A stretch of DNA of 64,000 bases from an uncultured Candidatus Peribacteria bacterium (GCA_964648045.1 CAZYNU010000001.1:17208-81207); one strand, 5' to 3'; positions 1 through 8,542 are shown, numbered from the stretch's first letter. The notes: a model not told the origin generated them from the sequence alone. A program made the numbers and translations.

Positions 1-226
1 AGAAGTAGGGCTTCGCGCCGGGATAGGGCGGAGCCTCTTCGATCTCGCCCAGGAACGCGCGGCCGGCCTCGGTCGGTTTGACGAAGAGCTGGTCGTCGCA
101 GACCAGCGCCACCACCGTGTCGTCCAAGTAGAGGGCGTATTCGCCGAACATCTTGCGGCTGCGCACGGCGCCGGCGGGCCGGAGCTGGGCAATCAAGTGG
201 GCGATAACCTCGTCGCGGGTGACCAT
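1..226 (-). CDS. TfoX/Sxy N-terminal domain protein (N-terminal part only; continues past the left edge)
   Basis: Not in the ORF track (no in-window stop). Reverse complement from ATG at 226 reads MVTRDEVIAHLIAQLRPAGAVRSRKMFGEYALYLDDTVVALVCDDQLFVKPTEAGRAFLGEIEEAPPYPGAKPYF, which resembles the TfoX_N pattern. Confidence 0.6.
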   Translation of the reverse strand, partial: MVTRDEVIAHLIAQLRPAGAVRSRKMFGEYALYLDDTVVALVCDDQLFVKPTEAGRAFLGEIEEAPPYPGAKPYF

Positions 227-249
227 GAATGAGATCGTAGCAGTAGTAC

Positions 250-277
250 TTGCCTCGAATCGAAACGAACCTAGAAT
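250..277 (+). promoter_or_regulatory. Sigma70-like promoter (TTGCCT-16 nt-TAGAAT) for the GNAT gene
   Basis: The -10 hexamer TAGAAT (272-277) ends 9 nt before ATG 287, so the leader would be very short or absent. Confidence 0.45.
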
Positions 278-286
278 GACGCGCCT

Positions 287-757
287 ATGTCACAAAATAA
301 GCTCCTAAGCATCCATGAACTGGATGAATCAACGATCGATGCGGATTTCTTCGCAACACTCGGTCATCTTAAAGCTGTCGAACTCACCATCGAAGCCGCT
401 CAGGCCGTCCTCCGCCAGCGCATAGCGCAGGGCATTCGCACCTTCATCGCGCGACTGGAGAATCGCACCGTAGGCACGACATCCCTGTTGGTGGAACAGA
501 AGTTCATCCACCAAGGAGGCAAAGTGGGACACATCGAAGACGTGGCAACTCGCGAGGGATACGAAGGCCAAGGCATCGGCAAGCGTCTAGTGGAGCATGC
601 GGTACGGGAAGCTTGGAACCAGGGTTGCTATAAGGTCATTCTCGACTGCAGCGAGGAGAATCGCCCTTTCTACGAACATTGCGGCTTTCGAACGCACGAG
701 ATCGAAATGCGCATCGACCGGCCGACGGACCACACCAATGAAGAGCGCGGCAGCTAG
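287..757 (+). CDS. GNAT family N-acetyltransferase (GNA1-like)
   Basis: 156-aa ORF. The acetyl-CoA binding region VATREGYEGQGIGKRLVEHAV followed by NRPFYEHCGF is typical of GNAT enzymes. Confidence 0.8.
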   Translation: MSQNKLLSIHELDESTIDADFFATLGHLKAVELTIEAAQAVLRQRIAQGIRTFIARLENRTVGTTSLLVEQKFIHQGGKVGHIEDVATREGYEGQGIGKRLVEHAVREAWNQGCYKVILDCSEENRPFYEHCGFRTHEIEMRIDRPTDHTNEERGS

Positions 758-793
758 TCATCTGTCACCGTACCCTCTGCTAGGCTGGCAGGC

Positions 794-1906
794 ATGTCGC
801 TCCACCGCTCAGTCATCGACCCTCTCCTGCGCCATATCGATTCAGAGAGAGGCCACTCGGCAGCCGTGGAAGTGCTGCATTTCTTACAGAGCGGCCCCAT
901 CCGTCGCCGACTTCTTCGCCTCCTCTCCGGCCCACGCGTTGAAGACCCGCGCCTGCACATGAAATTGGGCAGCCTTACCCTTGAGAATCCCCTCCTCGTC
1001 GGCGCCGGCTGGGACAAGAAAGGGCGGGCCGTGCGCGCTCTGCACGAAATTGGCTTCGCGGGCGTAGAGGTGGGCAGCGTCCTGCAACACCCACAACCCG
1101 GCAATCCCAAGCCTCGGCAGTTCATGATCGGCGACGGCGTAAGCCTCAACCGCTTAGGCTTCAACAGTCCGGGAATGGAGGTGGTGGCTCAAAACCTCGC
1201 CGCTTACGGCAATAACAGCATTCCCATTGGCATTAGCCTGGGAAAAAATAAGGAAGTAGAAGCTGCCAATGCGCCCGAAGCGCACGCCGCCGTCGCCCGC
1301 CGGTTGGCGGACCGCGCCGCCTACTTCGCGATCAATGTCTCGTCGCCCAACACGCCCGGCCTGCGCTCGCTGCAGGAAAAAGGACCGCTCACGGACATCC
1401 TCCAGGCGGTGCGCGGAGCGCTGGCGGACATGGATCATGACACCGACATCTTCGTGAAGATCGCGCCGGACCTGGAACTGAGCGCCGTCGACGATGTGGT
1501 CGACGTGGCCGTCTCGCAGGGCGCGACCGGAATCATCGCCTCCAACACCACCATCCGCCCCGAGCTGAAGGCCAAATACGGCGAGCGCTGGCGCGGCGAG
1601 GCTGGCGGCCTGAGCGGCGACGACACCGAGTTCCGCGCCATGAGCACGCGCCAGATCGCCCACATCCACCGGCAGGCGACGGACGAGCTGGCCATCATCG
1701 GCGTAGGCGGTGTGAAGGACGCCGCGACCGCCCTGCAGAAGATCCGCGCCGGAGCCTCGGCCTTGCAGCTGGTGACAGCCCTGCGCGGCGAAGGCCTCGG
1801 CGTAGCCAACGCCATCAATCGCGGATTGCTGGCCTGGATGGACCGCTACGGCGTCAAAGAGCTCGAGAACATCCGCGGCATCGACGTCCACAATCCCCTC
1901 CTATGA
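794..1906 (+). CDS. pyrD: Dihydroorotate dehydrogenase (quinone), class 2
   Basis: 370-aa ORF with NRLGFNSPG, INVSSPNTPGLRSLQ, GGLSG and IIGVGGV motifs characteristic of class-2 DHODH. Confidence 0.9.
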   Translation: MSLHRSVIDPLLRHIDSERGHSAAVEVLHFLQSGPIRRRLLRLLSGPRVEDPRLHMKLGSLTLENPLLVGAGWDKKGRAVRALHEIGFAGVEVGSVLQHPQPGNPKPRQFMIGDGVSLNRLGFNSPGMEVVAQNLAAYGNNSIPIGISLGKNKEVEAANAPEAHAAVARRLADRAAYFAINVSSPNTPGLRSLQEKGPLTDILQAVRGALADMDHDTDIFVKIAPDLELSAVDDVVDVAVSQGATGIIASNTTIRPELKAKYGERWRGEAGGLSGDDTEFRAMSTRQIAHIHRQATDELAIIGVGGVKDAATALQKIRAGASALQLVTALRGEGLGVANAINRGLLAWMDRYGVKELENIRGIDVHNPLL

Positions 1907-2751
1907 CCGTCCCCTCCCATCTGCTTTCGCTTCAAGAGGATGACTTGCGCCTGGCTGCCGAAGCGGCCGAGGCCGCGGGCGCCATCATTCGCCGTGGCAA
2001 GACCGCGGGCGTCGCGATCGAGCAGAAAGGCTTCGCCGACCTGGTGAGCGACGTGGACAAGGAAGCCGACGCCGCCATCGCCACCATCATCCGCAGCGCC
2101 CGTCCCAAGGACTCGATCGTCTCGGAAGAGCTGGAGCCGGACACCAAGGAACGCACCGGCCGCCTCTGGTTCGTCGATCCGCTCGACGGCACCAGCGGCT
2201 TCCTGTTCGGCGCCGGCGGCGACGTACCGGCCGTGCTGATCGCGCTCCGAGAGGACAGCGAGTACCGCCTGGGCGTCGTCCACTTCCCACTGACCGGTGA
2301 GTGGTTCTATGCGAGCGCAGGAAAGGGGGCATATCGCGATGGCGAGACGCTGGACGCCACGAAGTCCGTAGCCAGCCTGCGCGAGGCCTGGGTGGCCATG
2401 AACGCCTACGGCGACGCCCAGTACGAGAGCGCCGGCTTCGCCACGCTCCGGCGCGAGCTGCGGTCGGCGGCACGCGGCGCTCCGCTGGTGACCACTCCCC
2501 CGCCCCACTCGGGCATCGCGCTGCGCATTCTGGAACCCGGCCGCCGGCTGGGCGCCGTCATCCACGACAACGCCCCGCAGAAGGTGAAGCAAGGCCCGTG
2601 GGACATCGCCGCGCCCCAGGCCATCCTGGAGGAGGCGGGCGGCTGTTTCATCAACTTCGCCGGCGGTCGCGTGGACCCGTTCACGGCCGAACCGATGATT
2701 GCCTGCGGGCACCGCGAGTTGGCGGAAGAGATCCTGTCGCTGCTGCGGTAA
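1903..2751 (+). CDS. Inositol monophosphatase family protein
   Basis: 282-aa ORF with EELEPD and WFVDPLDGTSGF metal-binding motifs. ATGA start/stop overlap with pyrD. Confidence 0.85.
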   Translation: MTVPSHLLSLQEDDLRLAAEAAEAAGAIIRRGKTAGVAIEQKGFADLVSDVDKEADAAIATIIRSARPKDSIVSEELEPDTKERTGRLWFVDPLDGTSGFLFGAGGDVPAVLIALREDSEYRLGVVHFPLTGEWFYASAGKGAYRDGETLDATKSVASLREAWVAMNAYGDAQYESAGFATLRRELRSAARGAPLVTTPPPHSGIALRILEPGRRLGAVIHDNAPQKVKQGPWDIAAPQAILEEAGGCFINFAGGRVDPFTAEPMIACGHRELAEEILSLLR

Positions 2752-2767
2752 GACCAGAGGGTACCTC

Positions 2768-2794
2768 AAAAAAGGGCGACCACGGCGGCCGCCC
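2768..2794 (-). terminator. Intrinsic terminator of the Cys-rich mini-ORF
   Basis: On the minus strand: an 8-bp GC-rich stem (GGGCGGCC / GGTCGCCC, one G-U) with a 5-nt loop, then TTTTTT, starting 7 nt after the stop at 2802. The U-run exists only on the minus strand. Confidence 0.65.
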
Positions 2795-2801
2795 GTATCG
2801 C

Positions 2802-2900
2802 TTAGGCGCACTGACAGGACTGACAACTGCACGAAGACGAGGCACCGCAGCCGCAGCCACCCGACGACGCCATGGCACACTGATTGCGCATAGAGAACAT
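2802..2900 (-). CDS. Small cysteine-rich peptide (metallothionein-like, 32 aa)
   Basis: Below the track cut-off. Reads MFSMRNQCAMASSGGCGCGASSSCSCQSCQCA, with 7 Cys in CxC/CxxC spacing and GC-rich third positions, followed by its own terminator. Alternative starts at 2891 and 2873. Confidence 0.45.
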   Translation of the reverse strand: MFSMRNQCAMASSGGCGCGASSSCSCQSCQCA

Positions 2901-2912
2901 GGGAAAGAAGTA

Positions 2913-2931
2913 GGTTCACACAGGATGAACC
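2913..2931. promoter_or_regulatory. Perfect inverted repeat GGTTCA-N7-TGAACC (candidate operator)
   Basis: Lies in the 94-nt divergent region between the Cys-rich mini-ORF and the HxlR-family gene. Confidence 0.35.
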
Positions 2932-2994
2932 ATCAACTTACTAAAGTAAAGTGACTAATGAACTATTTTACAGCGGTGCTGTATACTGGCAGCC

Positions 2995-3342
2995 ATGGCT
3001 CAGTCTACGGCTAGCACATCGTGCGCCTGTCCGATGTACCGCATCATCGAGAAGCTCGGAAAAAAGTGGATGCTCCTGATCCTGCGAGCTTTTACGGAGA
3101 ACAAGCGTTTGCGCTTCTCCGAGATTGAAGCCGCTCTGCCCGAGATCAACGCGCGTATCCTCTCCGAACGCTTAAGCGAAATGGAACAAGAAGGATTAAT
3201 CGTGCGCGTGGTGGAAAACGCCAAACCGATGACCTGCTACTACGAAATCACGGAGAAGGGCATGGACCTACGCACGATATTCAGCGGCGTGGTTGCTTGG
3301 GCGAAGAAGTGGGAACGCTGCCCAGCCGAGAAACGACCCTAA
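2995..3342 (+). CDS. HxlR family transcriptional regulator
   Basis: 115-aa ORF. CPMYRIIEKLGKKWMLLIL ... RFSEIEAALPEINARILSERLSEMEQEGLI is the HxlR winged-helix pattern. TATACT (2982-2987) lies 7 nt before the ATG. Confidence 0.85.
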   Translation: MAQSTASTSCACPMYRIIEKLGKKWMLLILRAFTENKRLRFSEIEAALPEINARILSERLSEMEQEGLIVRVVENAKPMTCYYEITEKGMDLRTIFSGVVAWAKKWERCPAEKRP

Positions 3343-3717
3343 TTAGGCTTCGACAACGCTCTTGAAGCCGCCGTACGACATGTCCTTCATTTCGAAGGGC
3401 ATCGACTGGGTGTCGAAATTCGGGTCGTTCATGGCGGGGTCGGCCATCACCTTCTTATTCACGCGGTCGCGGTGAGCCTTGTTTTTGAAGACAATGAAAG
3501 AGAAGAACACAACATCATCAGCCCCAGCCTTGACCAGTTTGGGGAAGACGCGACTGGCTGGCCCCGTGGGCGAGGGTGCAAGGTCGTCACCGATCGCCTC
3601 CACATATTGGAGAGCGCCGTGCTTCATCCACACTTTGCGCCCGAGGCGGGCCATTTTCTTGTAGGCTTCCACGTTCTTCTTTGGCATCTTGATGACGAAT
3701 CCGTCGATGTAGGTCAT
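3343..3717 (-). CDS. DUF1428 (YbaA-like) protein
   Basis: The start is trimmed to MTYIDGFVIKMPKKNVEAYKKMA.... The rest of the listed ORF is a low-complexity upstream extension overlapping the next gene. Confidence 0.7.
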   Translation of the reverse strand: MTYIDGFVIKMPKKNVEAYKKMARLGRKVWMKHGALQYVEAIGDDLAPSPTGPASRVFPKLVKAGADDVVFFSFIVFKNKAHRDRVNKKVMADPAMNDPNFDTQSMPFEMKDMSYGGFKSVVEA

Positions 3718-3745
3718 AGCTTCAGGGGGAAGGATTAAGACAAAA

Positions 3746-4195
3746 CTAGAGGGACTCAGCGTACGCAGCAAGTTTGGCGAGGGTCTGCTTGCCGCCTTCG
3801 ATGGCGCCGAACTCCTCGACGACGCGCTTGAGCAGCTCGGCCGTGGGGAAGATGGAACGCATCGTGACAAGCGTGCCGCCATCGCGCTCCTCAAGCGTGA
3901 TTACCGCCTTGAACGATATTTCCCCCTTGCCGTCGTCACCGTGGTCGTGGGCGAGGAGCTCGGGTTCGCGGATCTGGGTGAAGATGATCTTATTGGGATA
4001 GTCGCGGCCGTCAGGACCGTGCATCACAAAGACCCAAGCGCCGCCCTCGCGGAAGTCGAAGGCCGAGGTGGTAATGGAGAAACCGTCCGGCCCCCACCAG
4101 CGCTCCAGGTGGGCCTGCTGTGTGAATGCCTCCCAAACGCGGGCGCGCGGGGCGACCACTTGGCGGGTGAGGATGATCTCGTTATCGGCGGGCAT
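3746..4195 (-). CDS. SRPBCC superfamily protein (AHSA1/Aha1-like domain)
   Basis: 149 aa. RVWEAFTQQAHLERWWGPDGF is typical of Aha1-domain SRPBCC proteins. Confidence 0.8.
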   Translation of the reverse strand: MPADNEIILTRQVVAPRARVWEAFTQQAHLERWWGPDGFSITTSAFDFREGGAWVFVMHGPDGRDYPNKIIFTQIREPELLAHDHGDDGKGEISFKAVITLEERDGGTLVTMRSIFPTAELLKRVVEEFGAIEGGKQTLAKLAAYAESL

Positions 4196-4213
4196 GGAAG
4201 GGAGTGGAGTGGA

Positions 4214-4744
4214 TTACTTGGCGGTCTCGACGATCGCCTTGAGGTCGTTGAGGCCTTTCTCGAACTGCGGGCCGATCATCTTCTTGTCCATGTCCATCAT
4301 CAGGTGGATGGCCTTCCCCATGAACCCGTTCTTGCCGTACATCGTCTGTGTGACGAGCGTGCCGGCGCCCTCGGGCTTGAAGGTGAAGTCGGTCATGTGG
4401 TTGGCCTTGAACGGCACCTCGAAGTTGAGCGCCAGGCGGATGATCTCGTTGGGATTGCTCTCCAGGATCTGCATGTTGCCCGCGCCGACGTTCTTGTTGC
4501 CGACCCAGGCGTAGGTGGCGCCAACGCCCTGGGGCGAGCCGCCAAAGGTACGCTTCGTGTTGGGATCGAGCTTCTCCCACGGCGACCAGGCCACCCACTG
4601 GTGGAAGTCGTTGATGTGCGGGAACACGGCCTCGGGCGGAGCCATCACCACCACCGAGCGCGAGATGCGGAAATTGCCGGACTGCATGGCCACGAAGGCG
4701 ATGAGCAGGACGAGGACGGCCAGGAATAGGAAGAGGTACAGCAT
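4214..4744 (-). CDS. SRPBCC/polyketide-cyclase-like protein with N-terminal membrane helix
   Basis: The start at MLYLFLFLAVLVLLIAFVAM avoids overlap with the upstream gene. An SRPBCC-like core follows (INDFHQWVAWSPW...). Confidence 0.7.
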   Translation of the reverse strand: MLYLFLFLAVLVLLIAFVAMQSGNFRISRSVVVMAPPEAVFPHINDFHQWVAWSPWEKLDPNTKRTFGGSPQGVGATYAWVGNKNVGAGNMQILESNPNEIIRLALNFEVPFKANHMTDFTFKPEGAGTLVTQTMYGKNGFMGKAIHLMMDMDKKMIGPQFEKGLNDLKAIVETAK

Positions 4745-4769
4745 GGGAGGAGAAGGAAGTACTGGGATC

Positions 4770-5252
4770 TTAGCGCAGAACGACGGCAAACTTATCGAGC
4801 GACTCGTTCCAGCCCTGCTCGGCGTAGCCGGCCATCTCCTCGGGGTGGCCCGTGTGCACGAGCGTCAGCTCGGTGCGGCCGTCGCCCAGGTCCTTAAACG
4901 TCACCGTCACAAGCATCTCTTCGGGCCACTCGCCCGGCATGCCGAAGTCCTTGGGCGAGACAATGTTGCCCTCGGCGTCGGCGAAGTGGTCGGCGTAGAC
5001 GATTTTCTGGAACGGCACGATCTCCCGGTAGACAGCGAGGCTCCACATATCCTTATCAAAATCGCTGCCGGCCGGACCGCGCATGCAGAAGTGGCCCTTA
5101 CCGCCCACGCGCAGATCATTCTTGATGGCGGGCGCAGTGAAGATAGCCGGACCCCACCAACGCTTGATGTGCTCGGGGTCTGTCCACGCTTCCCAAACGC
5201 GCTCCATCGGAGCATCGAAGGTGCGGGTGATGGTGAGGGTCTTCGTAGGCAT
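4770..5252 (-). CDS. SRPBCC superfamily protein (AHSA1/Aha1-like domain)
   Basis: 160 aa. ITRTFDAPMERVWEAWTDPEHIKRWWGP. A paralogue of 3746..4195. Confidence 0.8.
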   Translation of the reverse strand: MPTKTLTITRTFDAPMERVWEAWTDPEHIKRWWGPAIFTAPAIKNDLRVGGKGHFCMRGPAGSDFDKDMWSLAVYREIVPFQKIVYADHFADAEGNIVSPKDFGMPGEWPEEMLVTVTFKDLGDGRTELTLVHTGHPEEMAGYAEQGWNESLDKFAVVLR

Positions 5253-5279
5253 ACGGAAAGGGGAAAGGATGAAGGCGAA

Positions 5280-5624
5280 TCAGGCGTCCTTGCGACCGAA
5301 GGGCCAGGCAGCGAGGTATTTTTCCAGGCGGTCGAAGCGGGTATTCCAGAGTCGCTCGTACTCCTGAAGGTAGTCCGCAGCGCAGTGGAGCGCCTCGCCA
5401 GAGAGTTCGACCACCTGCTCGCGTCCGCGCCGACGCTTCGTCACGAGCCGGGCACGCTCGAGAATCTTGATGTGCTTCGAGACGGCGGCAAACGTGAGAT
5501 CGTAAGAGCGCGCCATACCCCCTACCGTCAGACGCTCGCGTGCACCGCGTCGGAGAATGTCCCGCCGCACAGGATGGGCGAGTGATCCAAACACCAGATC
5601 AAGGTCGACAACACGTTCAACCAT
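5280..5624 (-). CDS. ArsR/SmtB family transcriptional regulator
   Basis: 114 aa. LAHPVRRDILRR ... VGGMARSYDLTFAAVSKHIKILERARLV is an ArsR-type helix-turn-helix. Confidence 0.85.
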   Translation of the reverse strand: MVERVVDLDLVFGSLAHPVRRDILRRGARERLTVGGMARSYDLTFAAVSKHIKILERARLVTKRRRGREQVVELSGEALHCAADYLQEYERLWNTRFDRLEKYLAAWPFGRKDA

Positions 5625-5633
5625 ATGGTTGAA
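5616..5633. promoter_or_regulatory. Perfect 18-bp palindrome TTCAACCATATGGTTGAA (candidate ArsR operator)
   Basis: Centred on the arsR-family start codon (CAT at 5622-5624). A TATCAT -10-like hexamer (5633-5638, minus strand) sits immediately upstream. Confidence 0.5.
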
Positions 5634-5748
5634 TGATAAATGACCGTATTTCCGGGGTCAAGCGGGCGGCAAGCAAGCACCTTTCCTGTAACGATCTACC
5701 CGCTCGGACGTATAAGTGGGCGTACGGTCTCCCACTTCCCCACTCCTT

Positions 5749-6843
5749 ATGCGCGTCCCGCTCTCCATCCTCACCCTGACGATCGCCGCCGCCCTCGGCG
5801 CGGCCGTCGCCTCCTCGCCCGCCTCCGCCCGCGTGATCGCGCCGGATTGCGGCCCCAGCTACGTCCGCTGCGGCAGCGGCTACGAGCCTGTCTGCAAGGA
5901 CGACGGCAAATGGGCCTGCCTACCCAACGACTCCGAGTCCGCCTGCGGTCCCAACAACGTCCGCTGTATGGAAGGCTACGACCCCGTCTGTGGTAATGAC
6001 GGCCGGTGGCAGTGCGTCACCGATAGCGGCTCTTCCTCCAGCGACCAGAGCTGCGGCTCGCCGAGCGCTATCCTCTGCATGGTCGGCACCATGCCCGAGT
6101 GCGTGCATGGCGACTGGACCTGCGTGCCCCACAGCTCATCATCGAGCGCGTCTTCCTGCCCCACTGTGGAAGTGCTCTGCATGACCGGTACCGCGGCTGC
6201 CTGCCAGGACGGCTCGTGGGAATGCCTGCCCACGCCCGACGCTTGCGCCGACGCCGACCCGATCTACTGCTTCCAGGGCACGCCCATCTGCCGCGATGGC
6301 AGCTGGCACTGCCCCTCCACCGTCGGCCCGCTGGAACTCGACCGCCTCTCGCCTGACTCCGGCCGCGCCGGCCAGCGCGTCGTGATCTCGGGCCAGAGTT
6401 TCACGCGCACGGGCAACACCGTCTACTTCGACGGCAGCGTCCTGGAGAACCTGCGCTCGCGCCAGCGCGGCACCAAGCTGGTCTTCCGCGTCCCGGCCAA
6501 GACCACGCTCCCCTGCCTGCCCTTCTGCAAGATCGCCGTGCTGCCCTACGGCCCCGGCGAGTACGACGTCTCCGTGGAGAACAAGGACGGGGCCGTCAGC
6601 AACAGTCTGACCTTCACGATCACGGGCTCAGCCTCGTCGAGTTCCTCCTCATCTTCTAGCGGGGATAGCTGCCTCTGCCCGGCCGGCCAGGCCGCGACGG
6701 CCGACGGCTGCACCGACATGGAGATGATGTGCCCGATGTACTACCTGGAGGGCGGCTGGTGCGGCTGCGATGGCGAAGTCTACGGCAACAGCTGCATCGC
6801 CGCTGCCAACGGCGTGAAGCGAGGGGAAAATTGCGTACAATGA
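5749..6843 (+). CDS. Secreted Cys-repeat protein with IPT/TIG-like and Kazal-like modules
   Basis: Signal peptide MRVPLSILTLTIAAALGAAVASSPASA, then five 4-Cys repeats, an IPT/TIG-like segment (LSPDSGRAGQRVVISGQSF), a poly-Ser linker and a C-terminal CGCDGEVYGNSC Kazal-like motif. Confidence 0.65.
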   Translation: MRVPLSILTLTIAAALGAAVASSPASARVIAPDCGPSYVRCGSGYEPVCKDDGKWACLPNDSESACGPNNVRCMEGYDPVCGNDGRWQCVTDSGSSSSDQSCGSPSAILCMVGTMPECVHGDWTCVPHSSSSSASSCPTVEVLCMTGTAAACQDGSWECLPTPDACADADPIYCFQGTPICRDGSWHCPSTVGPLELDRLSPDSGRAGQRVVISGQSFTRTGNTVYFDGSVLENLRSRQRGTKLVFRVPAKTTLPCLPFCKIAVLPYGPGEYDVSVENKDGAVSNSLTFTITGSASSSSSSSSSGDSCLCPAGQAATADGCTDMEMMCPMYYLEGGWCGCDGEVYGNSCIAAANGVKRGENCVQ

Positions 6844-6847
6844 GCGC

Positions 6848-7087
6848 ATGAGCAGTTTCCGCCCTCTTCAAAGAATCCAACTCCTCTGGCGCGCGTTCTT
6901 CGACCCAAAAGTTCCGTTCGCGGCCAAGGCGCTGCTCGTCAGCGGCCTCATCTACGGCGTCTCGCCGCTCGACGTGGTACCAGACATCATCCCGTTCCTG
7001 GGCCAGCTCGACGATATCGGCGTGCTTGTTGCAGTCTTCCTTTTCTTCTACCGAGCGACAGCGCAACGGTTCGGGGAGAAGCAGTGA
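6848..7087 (+). CDS. DUF1232 (YkvA-like) membrane protein
   Basis: 79 aa. LIYGVSPLDVVPDIIPFLGQLDDIGVL is the DUF1232 signature. Confidence 0.7.
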   Translation: MSSFRPLQRIQLLWRAFFDPKVPFAAKALLVSGLIYGVSPLDVVPDIIPFLGQLDDIGVLVAVFLFFYRATAQRFGEKQ

Positions 7088-7090
7088 TCC

Positions 7091-8542
7091 TTAGAGTGAA
7101 CCGAGATCCAACTCCTCGGTCATCGTCAACTTGGAGACGAACTCGGAGTCGTGGCTCACCAGGATCATGCCGCCCTCGTACTCATTGAGCGCATCGGCAA
7201 TCACGGGCAGATGGCGGAAATTGATATGATTCGTCGGCTCGTCGAGAATGAGCAAGCTGGGTTTCAGCAACGTGAAGCGGGCGAAGCAGAGCAAGCCCTT
7301 CTGACCCTCCGAAAGCGATGCCACCTTGGCCTTCACTTTCTCGCCCGGCAGGAGGAAGCGCGCGGCCGTCTCGAAGACCAGCTGGTTATTGGGCTTCTCC
7401 ATGGCTTCTTCGAGAATTTCATAGACCGTCTGGTCGAGCGGCAGGCCTGAAAAATCCTGACGGTAGTAGCCCACAACCGCTTCGGCGGCGATCTCAGCGC
7501 CCTTCTCGGTGCGGTTGGCCATCGATTCAAGCAGCGTCGTTTTGCCGATGCCATTGGGTCCGGAAATGAGGATGCGGTCGCGGCGACGAATGACCATTTC
7601 CACCTTCTTCTTCGTCGGCTTGTGATTCTCCATGACGGTAAGCGACGAGATCTTCACAAGCGGTAAAGAAAACGGCTGGGCCTCAATGGTAAACGCCGGG
7701 ATCGTCTTATCCTCGCGACGCACTTCCACCTTGTTCTCCTCCGCCTCTTCCACCGCCTCGCGCATTTTACTGGCAAGCTTGCGCATCTTGCCTCCCTTAT
7801 GTGAGAAGAAGTTAATCTTCTCCTTTTGATCGATGATCGCCTTCTCCATGCGGGCGTTCTGACGTTGCTCGGCTTCAATCTGCTCGGCGATGCGTTCCAC
7901 CACTTCGTCGTAACCGCCGACATGCTGCTCCACCTTGCGAGTGTGCACGTCGAGATACAACACGCCGTCTGTGAAGCTATTCAAGAAAGCTGCATCGTGG
8001 GAGATGACGATGACAGTCTTCTCATACATCACGAGAAAGCCGATCAAGTGGTCAATTCCGGCCTTGTCGAGGTTATTGGTCGGCTCATCGAGAAGAAGAA
8101 TGTCGGGCTCTTGAATGAGAGCGAAGGCCAGCAGCAAACGTGCCTTCTGACCACCGGAAAAGGCTTTAATGCGCTTATCGAGCGGGGCATGCAGATTGAC
8201 GGTGTCGAGCACACTCGTAATGCGGCGCTCGATGTCTTTGGGCGGTTCGGGGAAGGCGCCCTCAAAAAACTCCTCGACGGTCTTCTCCATGTCGGCGTGG
8301 GGGATCACCTGCTTGGCGATGCCGATCGTCGTGCCGCGCTTCTGGTGGATTTGCCCCTCCTGTGGCTTTGCCTCTTTCGTCATCAATTTAAAAATGGTGC
8401 TCTTGCCGGCACCGTTCTGCCCCATGATCGTCAACTTGGCGTTCTCACGCACCGAGAAGCTTGCGCCTTCAAGAATCTGCTTGTGGTTCTCGTAGTGGAA
8501 CGAGACTTCGTCGAACCGGAGGATGACATCGCCGTGGTCCAT
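7091..8542 (-). CDS. ABC-F family ATPase (two ABC domains, no membrane domain)
   Basis: The start is trimmed to MDHGDVILRFDEVSF. It has two Walker A sites (GQNGAGKST, GPNGIGKTT), two LSGGQ-type signatures (FSGGQKAR, LSEGQKG) and Walker B LLLDEPTN / LILDEPTN. Confidence 0.85.
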   Translation of the reverse strand: MDHGDVILRFDEVSFHYENHKQILEGASFSVRENAKLTIMGQNGAGKSTIFKLMTKEAKPQEGQIHQKRGTTIGIAKQVIPHADMEKTVEEFFEGAFPEPPKDIERRITSVLDTVNLHAPLDKRIKAFSGGQKARLLLAFALIQEPDILLLDEPTNNLDKAGIDHLIGFLVMYEKTVIVISHDAAFLNSFTDGVLYLDVHTRKVEQHVGGYDEVVERIAEQIEAEQRQNARMEKAIIDQKEKINFFSHKGGKMRKLASKMREAVEEAEENKVEVRREDKTIPAFTIEAQPFSLPLVKISSLTVMENHKPTKKKVEMVIRRRDRILISGPNGIGKTTLLESMANRTEKGAEIAAEAVVGYYRQDFSGLPLDQTVYEILEEAMEKPNNQLVFETAARFLLPGEKVKAKVASLSEGQKGLLCFARFTLLKPSLLILDEPTNHINFRHLPVIADALNEYEGGMILVSHDSEFVSKLTMTEELDLGSL

